A stretch of 64,000 nucleotides of DNA from an uncultured Nitrospiraceae bacterium (lineage in GTDB: Bacteria > Nitrospirota > Thermodesulfovibrionia > Thermodesulfovibrionales > SM23-35). This document shows, piece after piece, positions 21,306 through 31,675 of the stretch. The notes under the pieces were generated by a model. It worked only from the letters and a program-made list of their open reading frames with translations. It did no database searches and was not told where the DNA came from. The stretch's first letter is position 1; each line of letters begins with the position of its first letter. Both the position numbers and the translations under genes were made by a program. The stretch lies in NCBI GenBank assembly GCA_963727775.1, contig CAVSHB010000001.1, positions 224,001 to 288,000 of the forward strand. The letters run 5' to 3'.

Positions 21306-22272
21306 TCTTAACGCCCACTTTCCTTCGCAGCATGGATGCCGGTAATGAATAGAAATAGAAAATACCTGCCGGGTCCGCAATAGAATCCGTAATCTTTTTT
21401 ATCTCTTCTTCATTGTCCGCGTCGATGATAGACGCCAGGGCCGACAAAAACTTCGCCCCCTGATCTTCAACTCTGCTCGTAGGCCCGAAGCAGCCTCTGC
21501 ATGGCATATTAGCATTGATGCACCTTTCTCCGCAACCGTCACGGGTAGCAGGCCCCATACAGATGACGCCCTGGTCCAAAAAGCACTTGACCGGATCCAT
21601 CAGCACTTCGTGTACACGGTTGATTTTTTTGATGACCGCGTTTTCAGGTTTTGTAATTTTTCTTTTGCAGGTATCACACAAAGATTTGTCCGGAGCAAGG
21701 ACAGCCCCTTTTTCGGGGAGATTGCCTGAAAGAATGGCCTCTATCGCCTTCATGATCAGGTCGGGCGGAGGCGCGCACCCGGGAAGATAATAATCAACGT
21801 CTATGACCTGATCCAGTGTATAGACGGTATTATAAAATTTCGGCAGCCTTAATTCTCCTTCATCGACTGTCGTTTTCTCCTGCGGAAATATTTTGTCGGG
21901 ATTACTGACTGAAGGAGATTTCTGATACACATAATCAAAAATTTTACTGCGGTTGTAAAAATTTGCAAGTCCGGGGACCCCTCCCAGATGCGCGCATGCG
22001 CCGTACGCTACAACAAGGCCTGATTTTTTCCTGAGAAGGTTGGCGATATGTTCCTGCTCCCCGGTCCTTATTCCGCCGTTGATGAAACTGACCGCAATTT
22101 CTCCGTCCTTCAGGGCTTCGACATCCTTAATCTTGAAGTCCATTGCAACCGGCCATAATACAAATTCAACCGCATCTGCAACCTTGAGAATATTTTCAGC
22201 CAGGTCTACTATCGACTCTTCACAACCGCCGCATGAAGCGCACCAGTAAAATGCTATCTTCGGTTTAGACAA
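21298..22272 (-). CDS. mvhG: [NiFe] hydrogenase small subunit (Mvh)
   Basis: WCASCGGC, GACAHLGG, LPGCAP and CMGPAT...CRGCFG. Likely TTG start at 22272. Confidence 0.9.
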   Translation of the reverse strand: MSKPKIAFYWCASCGGCEESIVDLAENILKVADAVEFVLWPVAMDFKIKDVEALKDGEIAVSFINGGIRTGEQEHIANLLRKKSGLVVAYGACAHLGGVPGLANFYNRSKIFDYVYQKSPSVSNPDKIFPQEKTTVDEGELRLPKFYNTVYTLDQVIDVDYYLPGCAPPPDLIMKAIEAILSGNLPEKGAVLAPDKSLCDTCKRKITKPENAVIKKINRVHEVLMDPVKCFLDQGVICMGPATRDGCGERCINANMPCRGCFGPTSRVEDQGAKFLSALASIIDADNEEEIKKITDSIADPAGIFYFYSLPASMLRRKVGVKNE

Positions 22273-22732
22273 TGTCGGTCTCCATAAAATCTCCCCTCCC
22301 ACCCTTTTCCAAAGGGGGCTGAAGGGTAATTATATTCAGAGGGCCTAAAGCCTTTACCGTCTTTACCATATCATTAATTGTTTCCACGAATTTGTCGGCT
22401 TCGCTCGCAGAGACCCAATCCAGTCTGACTCTTCCTTCCTCGATCCCAAACTGGCTTAACATCCGTCTTAAGAGATGAAATCTGCGGAGCGCTTTATAGT
22501 TGCCTTCCTTATAATGGCAATCACCGGGATGACATCCGAGTATCATTACTCCGTCAGCCCCCGACTGAAATGCCTTGAGAACAAACTGCGGATCGATCCT
22601 GCCGGTGCACATTATCCGTATGACCCTAACGTTTGGGGCGTAGGTCTTCCGCGCGCTGCCTGCGGCGTCCGCGCCTGCGTAGGAGCACCAGTTGCACAAA
22701 AAACCGACTATCTTGGGCTCAAATTCTTTTAT
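22265..22732 (-). CDS. mvhD: Methyl-viologen-reducing hydrogenase delta subunit ([2Fe-2S])
   Basis: FEPKIVGFLCNWCSYAGAD, MCTGR and GCHPGDCHY. The conserved N-terminus is reached only from the ATA at 22730-22732, which lies behind GAGGAG. Confidence 0.9.
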   Translation of the reverse strand: MKEFEPKIVGFLCNWCSYAGADAAGSARKTYAPNVRVIRIMCTGRIDPQFVLKAFQSGADGVMILGCHPGDCHYKEGNYKALRRFHLLRRMLSQFGIEEGRVRLDWVSASEADKFVETINDMVKTVKALGPLNIITLQPPLEKGGRGDFMETDIV

Positions 22733-24759
22733 TTCAGTATCTCCTCTATTTCAGCGAATATCTGTTGTGTGGTAAAATGCCTGCTTTGTGCAGCTCCGCT
22801 CGGACATGCCGCAACACAGGTGCCGCACCCTTTGCACAGGACTGTATTGACCACGGCGACCTTTTTTTCTTTGTCGAGGACTATTGCTTTATACGGACAT
22901 AATCCTATGCAAATCATGCATTCCGCACAGGCGTTAGCATTGATTTCGGCGGTCATTACATCCAGCTCCAATTTTCTGCCCGGCACAAGAAGTGACAAAG
23001 CCTGGCCTGCTGCCGCGGAAGCCTGTGCGACCGACCCCTGTATATCTTTCGGCCCCTGTGAACAACCGGCAATAAATATCCCCTCAATGTTCGTGGATAC
23101 CGGCGCAAGCTTGGGATGCCCTTCAGTGAAAAATCCTTCTTTGCCCCGTGCGATCAAAAGAAGTTCCGACAGCCTGGCTGAATCTTTTGCGGGGACCATT
23201 GCAGGGCAGAGTATTACCATATCGGCAATAACATCATTCTTTTTCCCTGAAATATCCTTGCAGGACAGGCGGATCGTATCTCCGCTCTGTTTCATATCAA
23301 CGTCCATGGGCAGCGACGTATGTATAAACGTGATATTGCTCCCGGCCTTAACAGAATCGAGAAAAGCCTGGTTGTCTTTTCCTGGGACGCACCAATCGGC
23401 ATATATGTCATAAACCTTGACAGACGGCAGATGTTTTTTCGCCATATGTGCAAATTTCAGGGCATACAGACAACAGACCCCTGAACAGTAATCCTTATGG
23501 TATTGGTCGCGGCTGCCTACACAATGAATAATTGCGATTGCTTTAGGCTCTCTGGAATCCTTCATTAAAAGTTTTCCGCCTGTAGGACCTGTTTGAGAGA
23601 GTATCCTTTCAAATTCCAGACTTGTATATACTTCCGGTATTTTGCCGTACCCGTACCGGGGAAGGACCGAAACGTCGAATAGATCAAATCCTGTCGCAAC
23701 GATTATTCCGCCGACATTTCTTTCAAGGACTTCATCTTTATCATTATAATTTACAGCATCAAACATACACGCTTCTTTACACAACGTGCAGTCATTGTTG
23801 GTGAATTTTTCGTATTCTTCCTTTGTTATTAAACCTGTCTCCAATGCTTCCCTGTAAGTTTCGATATTCTGGCCGCCGAAACGAAGACAACTTTTTGTGT
23901 CAATGAGCGGCACATTCGGCAAAGAACCTGTATACGGCACAAATATCGCTTTGCGGTCGCTGAGATTATAATCGAATTCATTCTTAACTTTTACAGGACA
24001 ATGATCATAACATGCGCTGCAGCCGATACATTTTTCCTTATCGACATAACTTGCTTTTTTAATGATTTTCACTACGAAATTTCCCAGGAACCCTAAAACT
24101 TCCACTATTTCACTGCAGGTCAGCAATTCGATATTGTCATTATGAAGGACCTCGTCCATTTTTGGCTCCAGCATGCACGAAGCGCATTCCATCTTCGGGA
24201 ATACGTCTTCATACCTTGCGACCCTCCCGCCGATAAAAGAATTCTTTTCAACGAGATAAACCTTTCTATCCGCCTTGGCAAGCATTAAGGCAGCTTCCAT
24301 CCCTGCGGGTCCGGCGCCGATTACGAGCACGTCGGAATTGCAATCAATTTCTTTTTTCTCAAGGGGTTCATGTAATGCCACCCGCGCGACGGCCGCTCTT
24401 ATATATGCCTTTGCCTTTTCCGTGGCGCTGGCTTTGTCGGAAGTCACCCAAGCGACCTGCTCTCTGATATTTACCACCTGGAGCAAATAGGGATTGAGCC
24501 CGGCTTTACGTAGAATATTCTTAAAGGTATTTTCGTGTTCTTTCGGGGTGCAGGCGGCAATAACTACCCGGTCGGGTTTTTCCTTGATGATATCATCGGC
24601 GAGAAAACTTTTTCCGTCTTCAGAACAAAGGAGAGGAGCTATTTTTACGTATGAAACATTCTCTAAGGCGGAGGAAAACCGAACAAGCTCATCGATATCG
24701 ACGTTGTCGGAGATATTCGTCCCACAGGTGCATATATAAACACCTACATTAACCTTCAT
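22729..24759 (-). CDS. hdrA: Heterodisulfide reductase subunit A-like flavoprotein
   Basis: VGVYICTCGTNI, VIAACTP, VNIREQ, VIGAGPAG, HCVGSRD...YCSGVCC and GCSQGPKDI, with C-terminal 2x[4Fe-4S] motifs. Confidence 0.93.
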   Translation of the reverse strand: MKVNVGVYICTCGTNISDNVDIDELVRFSSALENVSYVKIAPLLCSEDGKSFLADDIIKEKPDRVVIAACTPKEHENTFKNILRKAGLNPYLLQVVNIREQVAWVTSDKASATEKAKAYIRAAVARVALHEPLEKKEIDCNSDVLVIGAGPAGMEAALMLAKADRKVYLVEKNSFIGGRVARYEDVFPKMECASCMLEPKMDEVLHNDNIELLTCSEIVEVLGFLGNFVVKIIKKASYVDKEKCIGCSACYDHCPVKVKNEFDYNLSDRKAIFVPYTGSLPNVPLIDTKSCLRFGGQNIETYREALETGLITKEEYEKFTNNDCTLCKEACMFDAVNYNDKDEVLERNVGGIIVATGFDLFDVSVLPRYGYGKIPEVYTSLEFERILSQTGPTGGKLLMKDSREPKAIAIIHCVGSRDQYHKDYCSGVCCLYALKFAHMAKKHLPSVKVYDIYADWCVPGKDNQAFLDSVKAGSNITFIHTSLPMDVDMKQSGDTIRLSCKDISGKKNDVIADMVILCPAMVPAKDSARLSELLLIARGKEGFFTEGHPKLAPVSTNIEGIFIAGCSQGPKDIQGSVAQASAAAGQALSLLVPGRKLELDVMTAEINANACAECMICIGLCPYKAIVLDKEKKVAVVNTVLCKGCGTCVAACPSGAAQSRHFTTQQIFAEIEEILK

Positions 24760-24966
24760 AACTCCCACTCTTCCTCTTTGGTCCGGGGACTAAACATTTT
24801 TCTGATCCTTTTACATTTTGTAAGGACCTTGCTATGCTTAATTATGCTTAATATATGCTCAAATGTCAATAAAATAGAAGCCCTCTGTTTCTTATCTTAA
24901 AAAAAGACCAAAATAACTTGTGCGGATGTAAAATACACTTTATAATATCAGCTTGGGTAATGCTGT

Positions 24967-25042
24967 GGGCGGTTAGCTCAGCTGGGAGAGCACCACGTTC
25001 GCAACGTGGGGGTCGAGGGTTCGAATCCCTTACCGTCCACCA
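24967..25042 (+). tRNA. tRNA-Ala (anticodon CGC)
   Basis: 76-nt cloverleaf with G3.U70 pair, anticodon arm CCACG-TTCGCAA-CGTGG, TTCGAAT T-loop and encoded CCA. Confidence 0.97.
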
Positions 25043-25156
25043 ATCCTTTCCCGATGTTTCAATGACTTATCTTCGCGGAGATAGCTGGAAAACAGCCTGC
25101 AAACAGTCCACAAATAATTAGTGCCGCAATAGCTTTTTAACTCTAAACTATTTCAA

Positions 25157-27154
25157 CTAATTTGCCCATAATACTGTCCTGTTTTTACCCCTCATTTTGG
25201 CTTTATAGAGTGCCTTGTCAGCATTTTGTATTAAATCTTTTCTGTTTGTTCCGTCATAAGGAAAGGACGCAATACCGATACTGACAGTTATGCAATCCTT
25301 TGGGAAAACATTCCATGTGCGGCGCAAGGATCCTCCGACAGACTTTCGTATTCTTTCAGTAACCAGCAATGCCTCATCTTTTTCTGTCTGGGGCATGATT
25401 ACCGCAAATTCCTCTCCACCGAATCTCGCTATGACATCAATGATGCGTAAGCTGTCCTTTGCGATATTGGCAACTTGCTTCAATACCTCATCACCAGCCA
25501 GATGCCCTTCTGAATCATTGAAGAGTTTAAAATCATCTATGTCTATCATTGCCAATGAAAAGGACAGATTGTGACGTTTTGAACGCTGGATTTCCTCAAA
25601 AAATCTTTCCTCAAAATACCTTCTGTTGAAAAGGCCAGTCAGAGAGTCAGTTATGGATAACTCTTTCAGGTGTCCGGCAAGACTGTAATAGATTGATCGC
25701 TCAAGAGCGATAGTTGCGAATGATGCAAAAGATTTGAGTAAAACCATGTCTCCTTCTGAAAAAACCTTGCCAGTGATTTTATCAGAGATGTTCAGAACAC
25801 CTAAGGTCTGTTCTCCAATTTTCAGCGGTATGCTTATAAAAGAACCTGTTCTGTATTTCGGTCGTCTTCTGGACAAACCCAATTCAAGCTTTTCGATGTC
25901 ATCCACCATGAGGGGAGTTCCTTCTCTAAAAACCCACCCGGCTATTCCTTCACCTACCTTAATCTTTATCTCGCCCAGAAGTCTTTTATGTATTCCCTTT
26001 GCAGCTTTTACCGTAAGAAATGATGTACCTTCGTCTGCAAGCATCAAAGAGCCTTTTTCCGCATCCGCCAGGTGTACTGACACGTCAAGGATGGCCTCAT
26101 ATAGCATATCAGGTTCTTTTAGCGGGGTGATACGGGCTTTAGCTGTATTTAAAACGTCTATCTCCTTTATATATTTATCGTAGAAGCAATGTAATTCCAT
26201 AAGCCTTAATACAAAGCCTGTTACTCTGCATATTTCCATGATAATATCAGCCTCTTCGTGAGGGATATCAGAGTTAAAGATGTTTAAGATTCCCACAACA
26301 ACATTTTCAGATAGAATGGGGAATGCATAAATGGAAGTAACTTCTTCCGTGAACCCCAGTCGCAATAAATCCATTGCAGATTCGGAAAAAATCGGGCCCT
26401 GTTTTTTGAGCACACTGGATATGATACCTGTAGCCTTTATTGGTATTGATTGGACCTGATCTTTTAATCTTCCTGCTGACTTTTTGGGGATAAACATATC
26501 CTTGTCCTTAATCAGGATAGAGGCGCTGTCAGCGTTGAACAGGAAGAGTATAATGTCCAGTATCAGGTCATAGAATTCTTCAGTCGGTTTATCCAACTTA
26601 ATATCGGATAGCAGGCTTATAACGATTTTCATTAGTCTGAATCTTTTTTCGTTCAGCCTGCCTTTATGGTTACTCTTCAGGACGAGATTAAATATTGAAC
26701 CTATATATCTGGCAGTATCTTGAATATTTGAATGACTATCTATGCGGATATCCGGATACCATGATTTCATCTTATAGGGAAGGAGACCATAAGACGACCC
26801 CTCTTTTTTATAAAAATTTTCAAAATCTTCTAAAGAAAGGTATATGGAGCTGCCTTTAATAATAAGGATTGAATTATCAACGCGAAACGGAACAAAGAAA
26901 TGGCATTGACCTGTAGGGCATTTGAATATAGAAACAGTATTTGAATGAATTGCCTTCTCAATGCTGGTCTTTACGAACTCTTGAAACTCAACTCTTCCCT
27001 TCGCAGTCGATTTAATAACAGACAGGAGTCTGTCCTCTTTTACCGGGGGCACGACAATATTTCCGCTTTTACCATAAAGGGCAATGGACAGATCTGTCAG
27101 ATGTGACAGGTGAGTCAGCAAAGAGGATAGAGTATCAATATCAAGGGATTCCAT
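25157..27154 (-). CDS. Sensor (PocR-like/GAF) diguanylate cyclase
   Basis: Two GAF-like regions, then TDSLTGLFNRR, DIDDFKLFND and ARFGGEEF. Confidence 0.92.
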   Translation of the reverse strand: MESLDIDTLSSLLTHLSHLTDLSIALYGKSGNIVVPPVKEDRLLSVIKSTAKGRVEFQEFVKTSIEKAIHSNTVSIFKCPTGQCHFFVPFRVDNSILIIKGSSIYLSLEDFENFYKKEGSSYGLLPYKMKSWYPDIRIDSHSNIQDTARYIGSIFNLVLKSNHKGRLNEKRFRLMKIVISLLSDIKLDKPTEEFYDLILDIILFLFNADSASILIKDKDMFIPKKSAGRLKDQVQSIPIKATGIISSVLKKQGPIFSESAMDLLRLGFTEEVTSIYAFPILSENVVVGILNIFNSDIPHEEADIIMEICRVTGFVLRLMELHCFYDKYIKEIDVLNTAKARITPLKEPDMLYEAILDVSVHLADAEKGSLMLADEGTSFLTVKAAKGIHKRLLGEIKIKVGEGIAGWVFREGTPLMVDDIEKLELGLSRRRPKYRTGSFISIPLKIGEQTLGVLNISDKITGKVFSEGDMVLLKSFASFATIALERSIYYSLAGHLKELSITDSLTGLFNRRYFEERFFEEIQRSKRHNLSFSLAMIDIDDFKLFNDSEGHLAGDEVLKQVANIAKDSLRIIDVIARFGGEEFAVIMPQTEKDEALLVTERIRKSVGGSLRRTWNVFPKDCITVSIGIASFPYDGTNRKDLIQNADKALYKAKMRGKNRTVLWAN

Positions 27155-27172
27155 GATACCTTGTTGCTTCTT

Positions 27173-27298
27173 TTATGGTTTTTGTAAAAGTTCGCCTATG
27201 CTCAAATTCAGCAAAGGATGCCTTAGATCGGGTGCAATCTCGTACAGGGGTATGAGAACAAAGCCCCTCTCATGCATGCGCTTAAATGGCAGCATTAC
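27173..27298 (-). pseudogene. folK: FolK (HPPK) C-terminal fragment
   Basis: LPFKRMHERGFVLIPLYEIAPDLRHP matches the HPPK C-terminus; the N-terminal part is missing. Confidence 0.7.
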
Positions 27299-27573
27299 GT
27301 CCGGATCGAATTGCAGATATCGAATCAGCTCTGAAAGAATATACTCCTGAGTGGGATCTCCTCCCGATAGATAAGCCCGCAATAAGAGAGAATAACATTG
27401 TAAAAAGGAAATTATCAATGCGAAGGCTCTACGGCTTGTCTGGGGTAAAGGGATGAGACCCTGGCGAAGTCCTGGGGCCTTCTATTTAAGGATTCGGTTA
27501 TAATGTTTAAGATTTCAATGGAACTAATAAATGCAGAGTGCAGGAAATGAAAATAATTTATAAGGAGGGTTGC

Positions 27574-27987
27574 ATGAAAAAAGTTATAGCCCTGGTAGCA
27601 GCAGCTTTCGTGATTATTGGTTGTGCCTCAGTTGTTCGGGAACTCGACCAGGGAGCTGTCGGGAAGATTCAACAAGGAATCACGAAAAGCCAAGTGCTTG
27701 ACCTTATCGGAATTCCTGATAAAGCTTTCTATACAGGGGATGGTGATGTCATTTGGTCATATATTTATGTCCCGGCACCAGTTAAGGCTGCTGCAGTTAT
27801 TCCAGCAGTAAGTCCTCCTGCGCGGGTTGCAAAAACACAACAGCAATCGTTGACGATTACCTTTGGGCCGGATGGGGTTGTGAAAAATATCACGAGCGCT
27901 GAGGGCGGGAAGGAAGCAGACACCAAACTTTCCCCGGGCGGCAAAGTTGATATGCCTAATATTGAGGAAAACAAGAGTCCAAAATAA
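27574..27987 (+). CDS. BamE/SmpA-like lipoprotein
   Basis: Lipobox IIGC; KIQQGITKSQVLDLIGIP...WSY...LTITFGPDGVV. Confidence 0.75.
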   Translation: MKKVIALVAAAFVIIGCASVVRELDQGAVGKIQQGITKSQVLDLIGIPDKAFYTGDGDVIWSYIYVPAPVKAAAVIPAVSPPARVAKTQQQSLTITFGPDGVVKNITSAEGGKEADTKLSPGGKVDMPNIEENKSPK

Positions 27988-28248
27988 ACGCTGGCTGAGA
28001 TATGAGACGTACGCCGCCGATCACCATAATGATTACAAGGTTTTCCTTTCTTGCCCGCCCAATTCTATCTATGGTAGATGATTGTTCATTGCCGCCGAGC
28101 TTCAGAGGCCTTATCAGGCGGTTTGCATCTTATAAACTATTCGAGGTGAAGTGCCACTGCCTTCGGTAGACCTAACAATTTGACTTTACTTTAATTTAAG
28201 AAGATGTCATCATGGAAAATTAATATCTTATTTAAGGGGAGGATAAGT

Positions 28249-29259
28249 ATGAAAAGGTTTGGCAGCATACTCATTATAGGAGTTGTAATACTCTTCCTTT
28301 CATGTTTTATGACGAGCTGCGGAGGCAATGGCGCAAGCACTTCCAGAGGGGGCGGTCCAGATGCATCGCTTACGGCTTCCAATGCCCAGCAGGTCGGTGA
28401 TGCGGTAGCACAGGCAGTGAAACTGGTAGCCCCAACTGCTGCACTGGGAGACTTGAAAGCGTCGAGCATTTCCTCCATGAATAGGCCGCCGCTGGTAAGC
28501 ATCCTCGAGAAGGTTATGTCGGTCTCCGGGAATGGTATTACTGCGGAGCATATAAGCTCGCTTACTACAATTCATGACAATTGCACAAATGGAGGGAGCA
28601 TTAAGATAGACATAACCGGTGTAAATCCATTCAATCAGACTATCGATGCTGACATTAATGTTAATTCTTGTACGATTGGGACACAAACGTTGAATGGCAC
28701 AATGGAGGTGGAGTATGTTGTGGGGTCAATTGATGCCCTTACAAATCCTACGTTTGATAACCTTAAGAACTTCAAACAGGTTACCATTACCACCTCGGGC
28801 TTCACCTATGCAAACACTGAGAGTGAGGATAAAGTCACCTTGACCAGCCTTACCCTGGTATTGAAAAATTTTACCTATAGTGGAAATATTCTTACAGGTG
28901 GTTCGATTACATTGGGAGGTATTGTAACCGGAATAATAGCCGGTGAAACGATAAATATTGAATGTGACAGTTTCGGGCTCCTGTTCACCGAAGATTCAGC
29001 CAGCGACGTAACAGTGTCGGTATCGGGCAGAATAAAACCCTCATGTCTCAGTGGCTGGGTCAGAATTACTGCGAATTCACCAGTTTCCCTCCCTGTAAAT
29101 GCCCCTTGCCCTATTGGGGGTGATATAGTTGTTTCAGCTGGTGGAAATAATGTAAATGTGATTATTGACGCTGATTCCAAAATAACTATTTATTTCAACA
29201 ACGATTTGGTTCAGACGTTTAATAGTTGCGACGATGTTAAAGGGTTCTGTGGTGGTTGA
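28249..29259 (+). CDS. Hypothetical lipoprotein (beta-rich, Cys pairs)
   Basis: SD GGAGG, signal peptide with MTSC lipobox, and long open frame. Confidence 0.75.
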   Translation: MKRFGSILIIGVVILFLSCFMTSCGGNGASTSRGGGPDASLTASNAQQVGDAVAQAVKLVAPTAALGDLKASSISSMNRPPLVSILEKVMSVSGNGITAEHISSLTTIHDNCTNGGSIKIDITGVNPFNQTIDADINVNSCTIGTQTLNGTMEVEYVVGSIDALTNPTFDNLKNFKQVTITTSGFTYANTESEDKVTLTSLTLVLKNFTYSGNILTGGSITLGGIVTGIIAGETINIECDSFGLLFTEDSASDVTVSVSGRIKPSCLSGWVRITANSPVSLPVNAPCPIGGDIVVSAGGNNVNVIIDADSKITIYFNNDLVQTFNSCDDVKGFCGG

Positions 29260-31639
29260 AAATAGAAAGAATCAAAAACTTAATGGTATGAATTAATATA
29301 GCCTCCTTTATACTTAATTATGAGTAAGAAAAGCTTGAATTTCCGGTTTGTGCCAATCATGGTGATTAAAGAACTAACACTTCTGTCATTTCATCCGAGC
29401 AAAAAATCATAGTTTATGAACAAGGGTATTATTTTCTTAAATTATACGATATAAAAAAGTATGCTTATAAAAGTGATGTATCAAGATGGCAAAATTTGAG
29501 AGATAGAAAACGTCCTTTGTAAACCGCAACAGATTTTTTATCAGCTACTTCATCTTCCTTGAAAGAGCCCTTGTCAAGACCTTCATCTCGGAAGAATTAC
29601 CTTTCCAAAACTTCTCTTATTTTTGTCAACAGTTTTGTAGGCGATACCGGTTTCAAGATAAACTCAGACCCTTTTTCGATAATACCATTGATATGATCTG
29701 CCGGGTACCCGCTGGTGAAGAGGACCTTCATGTCAGGACTTGCTTGCTTTATCTTCTCATAAACCTCTCTGCCGTTCAGGTTCGGCATGATGACATCAAG
29801 AAGTACAAGCTGAATTTTATCCTTGTATATATAAAATTTGTTTAACGCATCCTCACCGTCCACCGCTTCTATCACTTCATATCCGTATTCATTAAGCAGC
29901 TCCGTGGTAAATTCTCTCACTTCGGTTTCATCCTCTGCCAGCAGGATTGTCTCCGTACCTGTCTTGAGTAGCTGCATCACCTCCGGTCTTATCTCTTCTG
30001 CCTTTGCCTGTATCAATGGCAGATATATCCTGAATGTCGTCCCTTTCCCCGGTTCACTGTAGACATTTATATATCCCTCATGCTGTTTAATTATCCCGTA
30101 TACCATGGCAAGTCCAAGTCCTGTACCCTTTCCGACCTCTTTTGTCGTAAAGAAAGGCTCAAATATCTTCTCCCTCGTCTCTCTATCCATACCAACTCCT
30201 GTATCCGTCACTAATATGAGGGCATACATCCCTTCTTTACCAAAACCATGCTCCCTGATGAACTCGGGATCAATATCAATAGCGTCTGTAGAGATAGTCA
30301 GCTGACCTCCTTTCGGCATTGCGTCCCTTGCATTCGTTGCAAGGTTCATCAGCACCTGTTCTACCTGCACATGATCTGCCATAACAATTGTGTCTTTCTC
30401 TGCAAAACTTGTTTGTATCCGGATATCCTCTCCTATAATCCTGAGGAGCAATTTCTCTACTGCTCTGATAATCTCATTGAGATTTACCGGCTTTGGATTC
30501 ATCACCTGTTTTCTGCTGAAGGCAAGAAGGCTCTGGGTCAAATTGGCTGCCCTGTCTGATAAGGAAAGGATATGATCGGCAAATGTCCTCAGTGGATCAT
30601 CTTCCTTCAGCTTCATTTTCAACAAATGGCCATATCCTATCATTGCAGTAAGGATATTGTTGAAATCATGTGCAATGCCTCCTGCAAGTTGGCCTACCGC
30701 TTCCATCTTCTGGGCCTGGATGAGTTGTTCCCTGAGCTTCTGCTGTTCTGCCTCTGCCTGTTTGCGCTCGGTGAGGTCTCTAATATTACATTGGATTATC
30801 TTGTGCTGGTCTACCAGATAGACATTGCTGACAAACTCCACATCGATCTTTCGACCAAAGGAAGTCTTCAGTGGCAGGTCTTCATAACGCATGTATTCCT
30901 TCTGCTGCAACGCCAAGAAGTTATCCTTGTTTGCAACGATATCCTTGAATAATCCCAGTTCCCATAATGTTTTTCCAATGATTTCTTCACGCGAGAACCC
31001 CAACAACTCCATCAAAAAAACGGATTCACGTCCACGACCATACCGGTCTCAGCATCGAGAATGAGAATGCCGTCTTTCGCTGTCTCGAAAAGCCGCCGAT
31101 ACCGGATCTCTGAATCTCGCTGTGCTGCCTCAGCACGCGCGCGCCCGGCTTCTTTCTCGGCAAACTCCATCGCAAAGGAAACGTCCATCGCCAGTTCGTC
31201 CAGCAGTTTGAGTTCCCCCTCATCGAAAAAATTCGGTTCGGCAGCATAGAAATTGAGAGCACCCCGAATACTGCCGAACACTCGCAGGGGGAACGACGCC
31301 GAGGAACGCAAACCCAGTTCGAGCATTGTCTTCTGACAAGAAACCAGACGATCATCCTGCTCGATCAAGTTACAGATAACATTCCGTCCTTCACGCAAGG
31401 CGCTGTCAATCGGGCAATAGCTCCGGGGTTCGTCCTCCAATGAGATACTGATTTTTTCCAGATAGCCATCGGCTTTTCCGGCAGATGCGACCGCTCGTAA
31501 TTCTTTGGTTGAAACATCAATAAGGCCAATCCATACAAAACGTATTTTCTTTTATGAAAACACCCATAAATGCTTATATTACAATAGATTACCGTGTATT
31601 TGGCTTTTAAATGTAGCCATATAATATAGCATTTTATAG

Positions 31640-31668
31640 TTGACATAGTGGTAATCATATCCTATAAT
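31640..31668 (+). promoter_or_regulatory. Consensus sigma70 promoter of the transposase (leaderless)
   Basis: TTGACA-17 nt-TATAAT, with the ATG 7 nt downstream. Confidence 0.75.
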
Positions 31669-31675
31669 AGTAGCC

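Noticed and set aside
19845..24759. Selenocysteine in MvhA, MvhD or HdrA
   Set aside because: All the relevant positions are Cys codons (DPCFAC, CNWC, GCHPGDC), with no in-frame TGA.
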